Positions 33,824 to 41,845 of a stretch of DNA of 43,455 bases are shown here, one piece after another. The translations under genes and the position numbers were made by a program. Below the pieces are notes generated by a model. That model saw only the letters and a program-made list of their open reading frames with translations. It made no database searches and was not told the DNA's origin. Location of the stretch: positions 1 to 43,455 of the IMG/VR virus record IMGVR_UViG_3300037692_000102, one strand, 5' to 3'. Within the stretch, counting starts at the first letter, position 1, and each line of letters begins with the position of its first letter. The stretch is from a virus. Lineage: Duplodnaviria > Caudoviricetes.

Positions 33824-34075
33824 ATGAGTAAGCAAACACTGCAGCAGGCTGTGATATTGGCACGCACCGGAAAGAGCCGGGATCTTTCGATGGCGGCGCG
33901 AATCCTGGATCACAAACCAGAGGGCAATTGGGCGGAAACGCAGCAAGCCATGCGTGAACTACGCGGCTTTTTGCCGCTGTCGTCGCAACGTGCATATACG
34001 TGGCAGGAATTCGTGGCCGCTGTCTATCGGGTAGATCACAATCCAAATGCCGCCGGCACCTATGTCGCCCGCTGA
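33824..34075 (+). CDS. Hypothetical protein (antisense cassette gene 1)
   Basis: AGGA RBS; 83 aa. Confidence 0.65.
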   Translation: MSKQTLQQAVILARTGKSRDLSMAARILDHKPEGNWAETQQAMRELRGFLPLSSQRAYTWQEFVAAVYRVDHNPNAAGTYVAR

Positions 34076-34077
34076 CC

Positions 34078-34308
34078 ATGCCCCAATCCCCCGCCACCCG
34101 CAAAGCCGCCGAGCGCGCCAGAAAACGCGCCGGCGGCCTGAAGCGCGTCGAGACATGGCGCCGCCCGCCGAGCCGCGCTGTCACCTGGACGCTGCGGTAC
34201 ATGCGCCAGGAGATCGCCCATGGCGCAGACATCACACTGACCCCCGAGGACGCTCGCGAGCTGCTGGCGTATTTCGGAGCGTGGGAATCACCTGCGCACC
34301 GCGCCTAG
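34078..34308 (+). CDS. Basic RHH/antitoxin-like DNA-binding protein (antisense cassette gene 2)
   Basis: SPATRKAAERARKRAGGLKRVETW resembles DUF3018/MazE-like N-termini. Confidence 0.55.
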   Translation: MPQSPATRKAAERARKRAGGLKRVETWRRPPSRAVTWTLRYMRQEIAHGADITLTPEDARELLAYFGAWESPAHRA

Positions 34309-34470
34309 CGCAAACCCGCGCGTCATCGCCTGCGCGGCGGCCTCGACCTTATCGCCGTGCTCGCGCATGTACATCACGATGACGGTGACCTGATCTTCGC
34401 GGCACAGGCCCTCGATCATGGCGAGGCGGCGGGCGATGAGTTCGGGGGAAGTATTGCGCGGCCGTCTCAT
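34288..34470 (-). CDS. Hypothetical protein
   Basis: ATGA-coupled to the FN3 gene. Confidence 0.55.
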   Translation of the reverse strand: MRRPRNTSPELIARRLAMIEGLCREDQVTVIVMYMREHGDKVEAAAQAMTRGFALGAVRR

Positions 34471-35036
34471 CCGAATTCCTTCGCCTCCTGGCACTTCGCA
34501 ACTACGTAATTTTTCTTGCCCGCTGTCCACACAATCGGCCCAGTGACACGGTAGTAATCATCCCCGATGCGCCGGGTCGCATCGCACTTGATGCCGGCGG
34601 CAATGGTTCCGGCTGTGCTGCCGAGCTTCCAGCCGAACGTGGTGTAGTTCGGGCTGGCCATCCACACCAGTCCGCCCTCAGTGAGCAGCAGCGGAGGTAC
34701 GGCCGTAGACGGATTGGAGACGACACTGGGCTCTGATGCCAGGCCATCGATGTAGTTCGTGATGACGCGGTAATAGTTGGTCCCGGCCACCGCAGAGCGC
34801 TTATAGGCCATCGTTGGCGCAGCGATGGTAGTCACCGCGGTCCAAGGTCCTGACGCAGCCTTGGCGGTCTCAATGCGGTAAGAGACGATTCCATCGGGAG
34901 GGCCGCCGATCTTGTCGTAGTTCCAGCTGATGCAGTCTGCGTTCCATTCACAGGAGGCCGCGTCTGCTTGGCTCGGCGCCGCCCAGAAGCACAGTGCGCT
35001 CAGGACGAACAGCAGGAAGGCGGGGCGTACGTTCAT
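34467..35036 (-). CDS. Secreted fibronectin type III-like protein
   Basis: Signal peptide ending APSQA-DA; ISWN...IVSYRIE...GPWTAV...GTNYYRV...ASEPS FN3 pattern; four mature Cys. Confidence 0.75.
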   Translation of the reverse strand: MNVRPAFLLFVLSALCFWAAPSQADAASCEWNADCISWNYDKIGGPPDGIVSYRIETAKAASGPWTAVTTIAAPTMAYKRSAVAGTNYYRVITNYIDGLASEPSVVSNPSTAVPPLLLTEGGLVWMASPNYTTFGWKLGSTAGTIAAGIKCDATRRIGDDYYRVTGPIVWTAGKKNYVVAKCQEAKEFG

Positions 35037-35341
35037 GTCGTTACTCGTTCGCCGACGGCAAGCAGCGCTTCCATGGGCGTGGTTGGTTTTGGAACACTCC
35101 AGCGCTCGCAGAATTCGTTCTGCACCTGACGGTCCTTGCGAACCGGCGCTTTAGGATTACGCTTTCCCTGCGCAGTCTTGACCTCCAGCAACTTCATCTG
35201 CACTTGGCCGTCTACCGTGCGCTTGAGACAAAGCAAGTCCACGGTAAGCTTGCGATGGACCTCCCAACCAGCTTTCTCCAGCGCTTGGACGATGGCTGGC
35301 TCAGACTTGTCGCGCTTGGCGTTATGGCCGCGCCACTTCAT
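35033..35341 (-). CDS. PD-(D/E)XK nuclease (VRR-NUC / Holliday junction resolvase-like)
   Basis: AKRDKSEPAIVQALEKAGWEV...VDLLC...LLEVKT...Q.EF...W. Confidence 0.8.
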   Translation of the reverse strand: MKWRGHNAKRDKSEPAIVQALEKAGWEVHRKLTVDLLCLKRTVDGQVQMKLLEVKTAQGKRNPKAPVRKDRQVQNEFCERWSVPKPTTPMEALLAVGERVTT

Positions 35342-35580
35342 GCTCGCACCTCTGTTCCACAAAATGTTTCACGTGCCGTCTTCCCGGCATGGTGCTTGTC
35401 GCAGGTGCTTTCCAAGTCAGAACGGCTGTAGCCAGAGCCAAGATACTTACCGCGGCGCTGGCCATCCTGTCGCTTCGCCCAAGCACGATAAAACGGGCCG
35501 TGTGAGTTGTAGACCCAGGTCAATAGGTATCCTTCATCACTGACTGAACGGCCGCAGTGATCGTTGTCGTGCCAGATCAT
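35338..35580 (-). CDS. Hypothetical phage protein
   Basis: ATGA-coupled on both sides. Confidence 0.6.
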   Translation of the reverse strand: MIWHDNDHCGRSVSDEGYLLTWVYNSHGPFYRAWAKRQDGQRRGKYLGSGYSRSDLESTCDKHHAGKTARETFCGTEVRA

Positions 35581-35759
35581 GCCGCCGCCTTTTGCGCCTT
35601 CGCATGCGCTCGACATACTTCCCGAGCCGCTTCTGTCGTGGGTAGATTTACGGCGAGATTTTCCTTGCCGTGCCAGCTTTCGAATGCCGCGTCAGGGGAA
35701 TCGAAATCGCCGCCGATGCTGCACACGGTGTAGGCGCCGCTGCGTTCGTGGTAGGTCAC
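35577..35759 (-). CDS. Hypothetical phage protein
   Basis: GTGA/ATGA-coupled. Confidence 0.6.
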   Translation of the reverse strand: MTYHERSGAYTVCSIGGDFDSPDAAFESWHGKENLAVNLPTTEAAREVCRAHAKAQKAAA

Positions 35760-36175
35760 TTGCCGAATCCACGCAGCGACTCGCCGAACTCAATCACTGG
35801 CGCTTTATGCTTTTGCTCGTCCTTCCACCAATTGAACTGCGTGCGGTAAACCTCGGGTGTCTCGCGCTCCAGCGGCGCTCTAAAGCCGTACGGGGCCGCT
35901 TCACTCAGGATAGGAATCCATTTCGGATCTTGGGAGCGGCCCTTTTTGAATTCACAGCCGTCCCATTTATTTTCAACAGACTTGCGCACCCAAATCCTGA
36001 ATGCAGCCTGCCAGTCCGCATACATGCGGCCGTGAGCAAGCGATGATTCAACGAACTTGTCCAAAGTGCCCTCTATGCTCACTGTCGGGTATCGCTCACT
36101 TACAAACTTTATCGTCTTCTCGGTTAGGGAAAATCCATCAGGAATTGCAGTCATCGGCGCTGATTTCTTTGGCAT
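35756..36175 (-). CDS. Stand-alone DnaT-like / replisome-organiser C-terminal domain protein
   Basis: IPDGF...LDKFVE......GRMYADWQAAFRIWVRK motif. Confidence 0.65.
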   Translation of the reverse strand: MPKKSAPMTAIPDGFSLTEKTIKFVSERYPTVSIEGTLDKFVESSLAHGRMYADWQAAFRIWVRKSVENKWDGCEFKKGRSQDPKWIPILSEAAPYGFRAPLERETPEVYRTQFNWWKDEQKHKAPVIEFGESLRGFGK

Positions 36176-36179
36176 GTCG

Positions 36180-36835
36180 TTTTCTCGATTTGTCGCCAGT
36201 TTCTTCAGGCAAAAGAACATCTTTGAGCCTTGGGACACCCGGAGTTCCGGGGGCCTGCCGCTTTGGCTCTAGCGTCCTTCCTACCCACTCCCAGTACGAG
36301 GCGACTCGCGAAAACTGTTCGGATCTCTGCATCATCCTGATCCCGAGACGGGCCCCATCGGCCAATGCACAATTTGGCGGATGTCCATTCCCCGATTTGA
36401 AGCGCCGCGCCTTCTGGTTACGCACCGCTCGCCCCGGCTCACAGGGCGTCGCGAATCGCTGTTGCCGTCGTCGGCTACCTGCCTCCAATTCCGGCCCTGG
36501 CAGATGGGCCTTGAGTCCCGATCTAAACTGATAGACAATGCCTATTGCAAATCTTGTTTTGATAGGCTCTTGTCTTGATCAGAACGCCTCGTTGGTACTC
36601 GCCCACGAGGCGTTTTTCTGTCCAGCGCCGGGGATCCAACCCCAGCATTTCAGTGTTTTCCCAAGGGCCGGCGACGTTCCGACCCAGAGCGCCGACTGGC
36701 CAGTTACCGGCCTGAGCCCAGTCGGTTGCTCGAACCTCACTTCAAAATTCACGCGCATCAGAACCCCACCCCAGGCTGCATGGGATACAGCTCCCGCGAG
36801 GGAGGGCGCGTGGATTGGACTGGGGTGGGGGCTGA
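36180..36835 (-). ncRNA. Candidate structured RNA / replication origin region
   Basis: About 650 nt without a convincing gene; many hairpins, several closing only through G-U pairs on the minus strand. Confidence 0.4.
36583..36617 (+). terminator. Intrinsic terminator-like hairpin oriented antisense to surrounding genes
   Basis: AACGCCTCGT/ACGAGGCGTT 10-bp stem running into TTTTT. Confidence 0.55.
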
Positions 36836-36837
36836 CA

Positions 36838-37434
36838 TCAGGCCGTCTCAGCGATCTGCGGCCACCGGACGGTAACCGGCTCATCGAGCGCTGATTTCTT
36901 GAGAGGCTTACCATCCAGCACGTGCCGCACCAGCATCGCCTCAAGCCACACATCACGCAGGCAGTAATCCACTACGCGGCCACGATTGCCTTGCTGCCAC
37001 CACACCGGCGCCATTGCGCCATTGCCAGATTTGGCGACGCCGAAGACGCTCTGCATGATGTTGTCGAGCGACCAACCACCATGCGTCTGCCACACGAAAT
37101 TGTCGGGATCGAGACCAATGGCCAGCCACACGCCTTCGAGCACATCCAGGTGCTGCGCCTGGTCCACCTCGACGCCGTGATGCTTCAATAGCGGCAAATC
37201 AAAGCGGCGCGTGTTGAATCCCGCGGTTGGCTTTCCCTGGAGATACGCTTGCAACTCGCGCATTTGGTCGGCAAAAAAGCAGCGCGATAGATTCGTCTCG
37301 GTGTCGAAGGTGCAGGCCACTGATATGCCCATGCCGGCGAAGTCTCGCCAGCCACCGCAATATTCAATGCCGGCCCGCTGCTCCTCGTTTCGGCCGAGAA
37401 TCGCTTTCTCAATTTCTACGTCGATAACAATCAC
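36838..37434 (-). CDS. RNase H-like / DnaQ-fold nuclease (YprB-like)
   Basis: IVIDVE (ExoI), AGFNTRRFDLPLL (ExoII), SLDNI...KSGNGAMAPVWWQQG...DYCLRDV (ExoIII). Confidence 0.85.
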   Translation of the reverse strand: MIVIDVEIEKAILGRNEEQRAGIEYCGGWRDFAGMGISVACTFDTETNLSRCFFADQMRELQAYLQGKPTAGFNTRRFDLPLLKHHGVEVDQAQHLDVLEGVWLAIGLDPDNFVWQTHGGWSLDNIMQSVFGVAKSGNGAMAPVWWQQGNRGRVVDYCLRDVWLEAMLVRHVLDGKPLKKSALDEPVTVRWPQIAETA

Positions 37435-37504
37435 GCTGAAGCTCCTTCATGCCGAGAATTCATACGAACCGCTGCCATTCTGTTCAGCCGCCAAATGATC
37501 TGCT

Positions 37505-37780
37505 TCACCTCGGAATCCTCCCCGACACCAACTGCGTTGCTATTTCAAGCACGCGATCTTTCTCAGCGAGCTGCTGGCGTAGCTCGAATATCTGCCGATC
37601 CTTGTCATCCATGCTCTTGCGCATCGATGCCAAGTCATAGCCGGCGGAGCAGTTGAGCCACATCAATACAGCGTCGTTACCCACGACTTCGCAAAAATGC
37701 AGTAGATCGTCGGCCGGGAAACTCATGTCGCCGTTCTCGATTCGAGACCACATTGCCTTGTCTTTGTCGAGCGGGCCGTA
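37505..37780 (-). pseudogene. CII-like HTH regulator, apparently N-terminally truncated
   Basis: The HTH-like frame CYGPLDKDKAMWSRIENG extends upstream of the only ATG (37753), with no ATG/GTG/TTG before the next in-frame stop. Confidence 0.45.
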
Positions 37781-37800
37781 ACAAGCGATCCCGAAGACTC

Positions 37801-38031
37801 CTAGCCACCAGCCGCACTCGCCGCCGCACGCGATCCCTTCGGCGCCTCTCCAAATAAAAGCTCGTCAGTAGAGAGCCCTGTTTCTCGGGCGAGAACTTTC
37901 AGCGAGTCGATGGATGGGTCCGTGATGCCGTTGATGTACTGGCTAATTGCGCCGGGCGTGAGCGAGCAGCGGTCCGCTAGCTCGCGTTGCGTCACATGGT
38001 TGTCATCGAGCCATCGCTGGAGTCTCTTCAT
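37801..38031 (-). CDS. XRE/Cro-like HTH repressor (76 aa), probably leaderless
   Basis: VTQRELADRCSLTPGAISQYING..DPSIDSLKVLARETGLSTDELL; the ATG at 38031 is 7 nt downstream of the -10 box. Confidence 0.85.
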   Translation of the reverse strand: MKRLQRWLDDNHVTQRELADRCSLTPGAISQYINGITDPSIDSLKVLARETGLSTDELLFGEAPKGSRAAASAAGG

Positions 38032-38037
38032 GGGCAT

Positions 38038-38083
38038 GACGATAGCGCCCCTAACGCATATGTGCAATAGGGCCGCTAACCCA
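38038..38083 (-). promoter_or_regulatory. Minus-strand early promoter TTGCAC-N17-TATCGT with two operators
   Basis: -35 at 38062-38067, -10 at 38039-38044; TAG-N5-CTA operators at 38042-38058 and 38067-38083. Confidence 0.8.
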
Positions 38084-38254
38084 ATCGGCGCGTCTGCCAC
38101 GGGAGCGTAAGTAATACTAATGGGCACTGTTGTATTGCTTCAAAGATTCGAGCCCGAAACTCGGGCTTCCACTGCGCTTGTAAATCCATAGCACCTTCCC
38201 TGGCCGACGCGGCCGAATGTGTCGCGACTCGCGGTTTGCCATTTATTTTCATCT

Positions 38255-38300
38255 TGCGTTAGTGCCCCTATTGACTCCATGCGTTAGTGCCGCTATCGTC
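38255..38300 (+). promoter_or_regulatory. Plus-strand early promoter TTGACT-N17-TATCGT with two operators
   Basis: -35 at 38271-38276, -10 at 38294-38299; operators at 38255-38271 and 38280-38296; AT-rich UP-like tract upstream. Confidence 0.85.
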
Positions 38301-38370
38301 CCTCCCACCAGATCGATGCGCACCTGAGCGGCATCGGGACAGTCAGTCAGACGGCCACAGCGGAGATCCG

Positions 38371-38733
38371 ATGAAAATCGAAATGACAAGCACTGTCGAT
38401 ATCAGCGTTGAGTTACTGGCAAAGCTCTTTGCCGAACTCGACGACGACGCGCAGTGCAAGTTCTTTGTCGAGGCGGCGAAACACGGTGAGCAGTGGGGCG
38501 AGTTCAAAGCCGAACAGCAATGGCAGCGCGTCGGCGGACATCTTCGCAACTGTAAGTGCTCCACCGAGGCCGCACGTGAGTTGATCCGCTCCATTGCCTA
38601 CGCGATGGAGAACAGCAACCACGGTATCGAACCTGTCGATGAGTCGCTGGCTAGCGCGGAGCTGAAGCAAGCCCCTGCATTGGGTGATGCTGCGAAAAGC
38701 CACTATGTCAGCGACTCGCTTGTCGCAGCCTGA
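38371..38733 (+). CDS. Hypothetical early protein
   Basis: GGAG RBS; first gene after the plus-strand promoter. Confidence 0.7.
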   Translation: MKIEMTSTVDISVELLAKLFAELDDDAQCKFFVEAAKHGEQWGEFKAEQQWQRVGGHLRNCKCSTEAARELIRSIAYAMENSNHGIEPVDESLASAELKQAPALGDAAKSHYVSDSLVAA

Positions 38734-39055
38734 TCCACATTCGCACAGCGGCATCGGCAAACGAACGGGAGGCGGGCAATGCGAGCGAACGAAATCGAAT
38801 GGTCGCGCGAAGACATCCTGATGGCGAAGATCGTGGTGGCCTGCGTCATCGTGCTGGTGCTATCCATCGGTAGTTGCACTTCCTACGAGGTGTATTCGGA
38901 CAACGCGTCCGTTGTGGAAATGGTGAAAGCCGGTAGCGACCCGCTCGCCGCAAGGTGCGCCGTCAGCCCCGGCGATACGGTCTGCAGCGCCGTTGCGGCC
39001 AAGCAGTAATTCACTCGAACAGCGGCATCAGGAACAACGGGAGACGGGAAGCATG
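38734..39055 (+). repeat. About 45-bp intergenic repeat (38734-38781, 39010-39055; partial 38326-38340)
   Basis: TCGCACAGCGGCATCGGCAAACGAACGGGAGGCGGGCAATG vs TCGAACAGCGGCATCAGGAACAACGGGAGACGGGAAGCATG. Confidence 0.8.
38779..39009 (+). CDS. Small membrane-anchored protein / possible lipoprotein
   Basis: Hydrophobic segment ending IGSC; GSDPLAARCA...C. Confidence 0.65.
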   Translation: MRANEIEWSREDILMAKIVVACVIVLVLSIGSCTSYEVYSDNASVVEMVKAGSDPLAARCAVSPGDTVCSAVAAKQ

Positions 39056-39439
39056 AAAGCGGAACTAAAACAGAAGTGGGTCGAGGCGCTGCGAAGCGGG
39101 AAGTATGTGCAGGGTACGGGCGTGCTGCGAACGACCGCAGACGAGTATTGCTGCCTCGGCGTGCTCTGCGATTTGGTCGACCGTTCCGCTTGGGGGGTGG
39201 CAGAAGAGATCCTCACTTGTGTCAATAGTGAGGACGTTCCCAGGGTTGCCTACGACTTCCATTCCCATGGCGATTCGAGCCACTACAGCTTGCCATTCAG
39301 CCTTGAGCTTAGTTTGAAATTGACCGACACAGTACCGCTGATCAACATGAACGACGCCGGCGAATCCTTCGGCGCTATCGCCGACTGGATCGAGCAGAAC
39401 ATCCCTGCTGACGAAAGCACCAAGCACGGAGCGACCTGA
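39053..39439 (+). CDS. Conserved phage hypothetical protein
   Basis: KWVEALRSGKYVQGTGVL...YCCLGVLCD...NMND.G.SF..IADWIE. Confidence 0.8.
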   Translation: MKAELKQKWVEALRSGKYVQGTGVLRTTADEYCCLGVLCDLVDRSAWGVAEEILTCVNSEDVPRVAYDFHSHGDSSHYSLPFSLELSLKLTDTVPLINMNDAGESFGAIADWIEQNIPADESTKHGAT

Positions 39440-39584
39440 TGCGCGCCCACCTCCAGTACCACCACAACCACGCGTGCATCGTATGGCTGGATAGCAAGGG
39501 TGCCGGCTACCCCATTCCCGATACGCGCAGGGCGTGGCGAGTGACGATTTATCGGCGGCCGAAGTTAGCGCTGGGAGTGACGCG

Positions 39585-39836
39585 ATGACCGCGCGCAACT
39601 TGGAGCTAGCAGCCGCCATCGTTGGCCGCATGGCGGCTGAGTGTGCTGCCGACCTGAGTGACGCCGAGATCGAGCGCACGCTGGGACCGTGTGTGTGCGG
39701 CCCAAGACTCATCCGTCGCGCGAAAGAATTTCGCGACCAGGGTCTGCTCACGTGCAAATGCGATCCACAGCCCATGCCGCAAATGGCGTGCTGCCCGGCA
39801 TGTGAAAAGCTCAGGCCGCAGTTCGAGAGCTTCTAG
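39585..39836 (+). CDS. Cys-rich hypothetical protein
   Basis: GGAG RBS; CVC, CKC and CCPAC. Confidence 0.5.
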   Translation: MTARNLELAAAIVGRMAAECAADLSDAEIERTLGPCVCGPRLIRRAKEFRDQGLLTCKCDPQPMPQMACCPACEKLRPQFESF

Positions 39837-39846
39837 GAGCAATCCC

Positions 39847-40269
39847 ATGCCCACTCCAATCCAGCGCCGCGCCATCACCGAGGACCTGAATCCCAATTGG
39901 GATGCGGCCGAGCACTCCCTGCGCAGCGCCATGGAAGTCATCGACTGGTGCGGCCCTGAGCACATCGAGCTTGCCGGACTTCAGGCACGCGACCTGCACA
40001 CCGCCATGTGCGAGATGCCGGCGGAGCGTCAGGGGCCGGCGGATTTTCTGGATGTGGCGTGCGCGCTGGCGGCGGTGACGAGGGCGCGGCCGAAGGCTGT
40101 GAATGCCGATCTGCTGGATGCGCTAAGAGAATTACTCGCGGCCGAGCTGGCGCAGTTTCCGCCGCATGAAGCCGGCAAGGAAGCGCAGGACGCATGGTCG
40201 CATCGTCGGGCAGCGGCGAAGAACAACGCCGTAGTCGCCATCGCCAAAGCGACCGGAGCGCAACCATGA
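39847..40269 (+). CDS. Hypothetical phage protein
   Basis: AGGAG RBS; ADLLDALRELL...AIAKATG tail. Confidence 0.7.
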   Translation: MPTPIQRRAITEDLNPNWDAAEHSLRSAMEVIDWCGPEHIELAGLQARDLHTAMCEMPAERQGPADFLDVACALAAVTRARPKAVNADLLDALRELLAAELAQFPPHEAGKEAQDAWSHRRAAAKNNAVVAIAKATGAQP

Positions 40270-40682
40270 GTCTCGCCGCCAAGCTATCCAACGACGCCGT
40301 GTATTGCGGCTTCGTCATCGGCCAAGCCGTCGAGCGCCGTCGCGCATGGATGGAACGCGCCCGCGAGCACATAGGACTGCGTCAGGACGCAAAGGCGGCG
40401 GCATTGGCTGTTCGATACGCGCGCGGCCAGTCACGCAAGATCGTTGAGCAGCTGCGGTTGCTGAGACGCGAGGCGCGATCTGTCGTGACCGCGCGCTACA
40501 AACACGATTGCCTGGCCTGTGTGTACCTTGGTCAGTACGAGGACTACGACCTGTACGTGGACGCGGGTATCGTCGTTGCCCGCTACAGCGGCAATCCTAT
40601 CGATTACGTGACTAGCTATTCCGGTGCCGCCACTCACCCCGCTCTCGTGGAAGCGCAGCGGCTGGCGAAGGAGCGCGCATGA
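40266..40682 (+). CDS. Hypothetical phage protein
   Basis: RYKHDCLACVYLGQY..YDLY module; ATGA coupling. Confidence 0.65.
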   Translation: MSLAAKLSNDAVYCGFVIGQAVERRRAWMERAREHIGLRQDAKAAALAVRYARGQSRKIVEQLRLLRREARSVVTARYKHDCLACVYLGQYEDYDLYVDAGIVVARYSGNPIDYVTSYSGAATHPALVEAQRLAKERA

Positions 40683-40927
40683 AAGCAGCCATCCGCCACG
40701 ATTTCGCCGGCACCGCTGCCGACACAGCGGAAGCAGGCGATATGAGTATCACCATCCTCCCCAACCGCAAAGAGCGCGAGTCGGCCAGGGCCATGCAGGC
40801 GCGCGGATATCTACTGAGCAACGTGCACGGTCGCACGCGGATGCTGGTAGTGGCGCATCGGGTGAGCCGTGTCATGACGTTGCCTAGCGTCGAGGATGTA
40901 TTTGCATTTGCCAGGAGGCCACAGTGA
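40679..40927 (+). CDS. Hypothetical phage protein
   Basis: AAGGAG RBS and ATGA coupling. Confidence 0.55.
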   Translation: MKAAIRHDFAGTAADTAEAGDMSITILPNRKERESARAMQARGYLLSNVHGRTRMLVVAHRVSRVMTLPSVEDVFAFARRPQ

Positions 40928-40968
40928 TCAAGCACACGCACACGAACAGACCTGAGTAGGAGAAACAC

Positions 40969-41481
40969 ATGGGCGCTGACCTTTACATCAAAAACATTCG
41001 CGATCCGATCAAGGCTGTGTGGCAGCCGAAAATGGATGAGGCCCTGGCGCTTCGCGATGCCGCTCAGGACGACGTTGCGCGGACGGCTGCTCAGAAGCTC
41101 GTGGATGAAGCCTACGAGCACATCTGGGGCGGCGATGGTTACTTCCGCGACAGTTACAACGGCACAAGCATCCTTGGCCGGCTCGGCCTCTCATGGTGGC
41201 GGGACTTGGAATATGACGTTGCGTATGACAAAGCGTCCGGCAGCTATCCAGGTGGCAACAATATCTCGGCCGAGGCCTGCAAGCGCTTCTTGGATAAGGT
41301 CCGCGCGGCTGGCGAACCAGGCGTAGCCACCGAGTCGGAGCTTCAATCGCGACACTGTGCAGTCGATGACGGCGAAAACAACGTCGAGTCGTGGAACAAA
41401 TATTTCCGCGAAAAGCATACCCGGTTGCTCGCGTTCCTAGAGCGCGCCATCGAAAACGGCGGCATGTACGCGAGCTGCTAG
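40969..41481 (+). CDS. Conserved phage hypothetical protein
   Basis: AGGAG RBS; MGADLYI...GYFRDSYN...LGLSWW. Confidence 0.75.
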   Translation: MGADLYIKNIRDPIKAVWQPKMDEALALRDAAQDDVARTAAQKLVDEAYEHIWGGDGYFRDSYNGTSILGRLGLSWWRDLEYDVAYDKASGSYPGGNNISAEACKRFLDKVRAAGEPGVATESELQSRHCAVDDGENNVESWNKYFREKHTRLLAFLERAIENGGMYASC

Positions 41482-41507
41482 CCATCGCAGGAGAAAGGAT
41501 CAAAGCT

Positions 41508-41804
41508 ATGCGCACCATCAACTTCAGCCGCCACAACGCCCTCCTGTGTACTGAGGACTGCTCATCGCTCGACATACCCGATGCGATGTCTTGCCGTGCG
41601 CACTACACGGTAGAGCGCAAGCATGGCAAGGCATTGGCGAACATCTGGCACGTCGAGCGGGAAACAAAAAATGACATATGGGTCCATGACGATTTGCCGA
41701 CGCTGGAGCGCCAGGCGCTGGAGGCGCATATAGAGCGGCTGTTCGATGAGGACGATGCAGAGGATGCAAGGAACGTGCGGGAAGTTGCGTCTGGTTACGT
41801 ATGA
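41508..41804 (+). CDS. Hypothetical phage protein
   Basis: AAGGA RBS; acidic tail. Confidence 0.6.
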   Translation: MRTINFSRHNALLCTEDCSSLDIPDAMSCRAHYTVERKHGKALANIWHVERETKNDIWVHDDLPTLERQALEAHIERLFDEDDAEDARNVREVASGYV

Positions 41805-41845
41805 AACGCTCGTGGAAACATCTACGTTGCAATAGAGAGGCCTGA

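Noticed and set aside
36725-36760. GGTTCGAG on the minus strand as a tRNA T-loop
   Set aside because: No T-stem pairing or cloverleaf.
36579-36956. ORFs 36579..36956 (-), 36538..36894 (+) and 36138..36488 (-) as genes
   Set aside because: No RBS or recognisable motifs, and they run through strong hairpins. A short 59-aa product from 36758 cannot be fully excluded.
37801-38127. 108-aa version of the HTH repressor
   Set aside because: The extension runs through the promoter and operators; the ATG at 38031 fits the -10 spacing and the domain boundary.
38151-38167. Hairpin AGCCCGA-AAC-TCGGGCT as a lambda boxB/nut site
   Set aside because: The loop is not GNRA-like, there is no boxA, it lies upstream of both promoters, and no N-like gene was seen.
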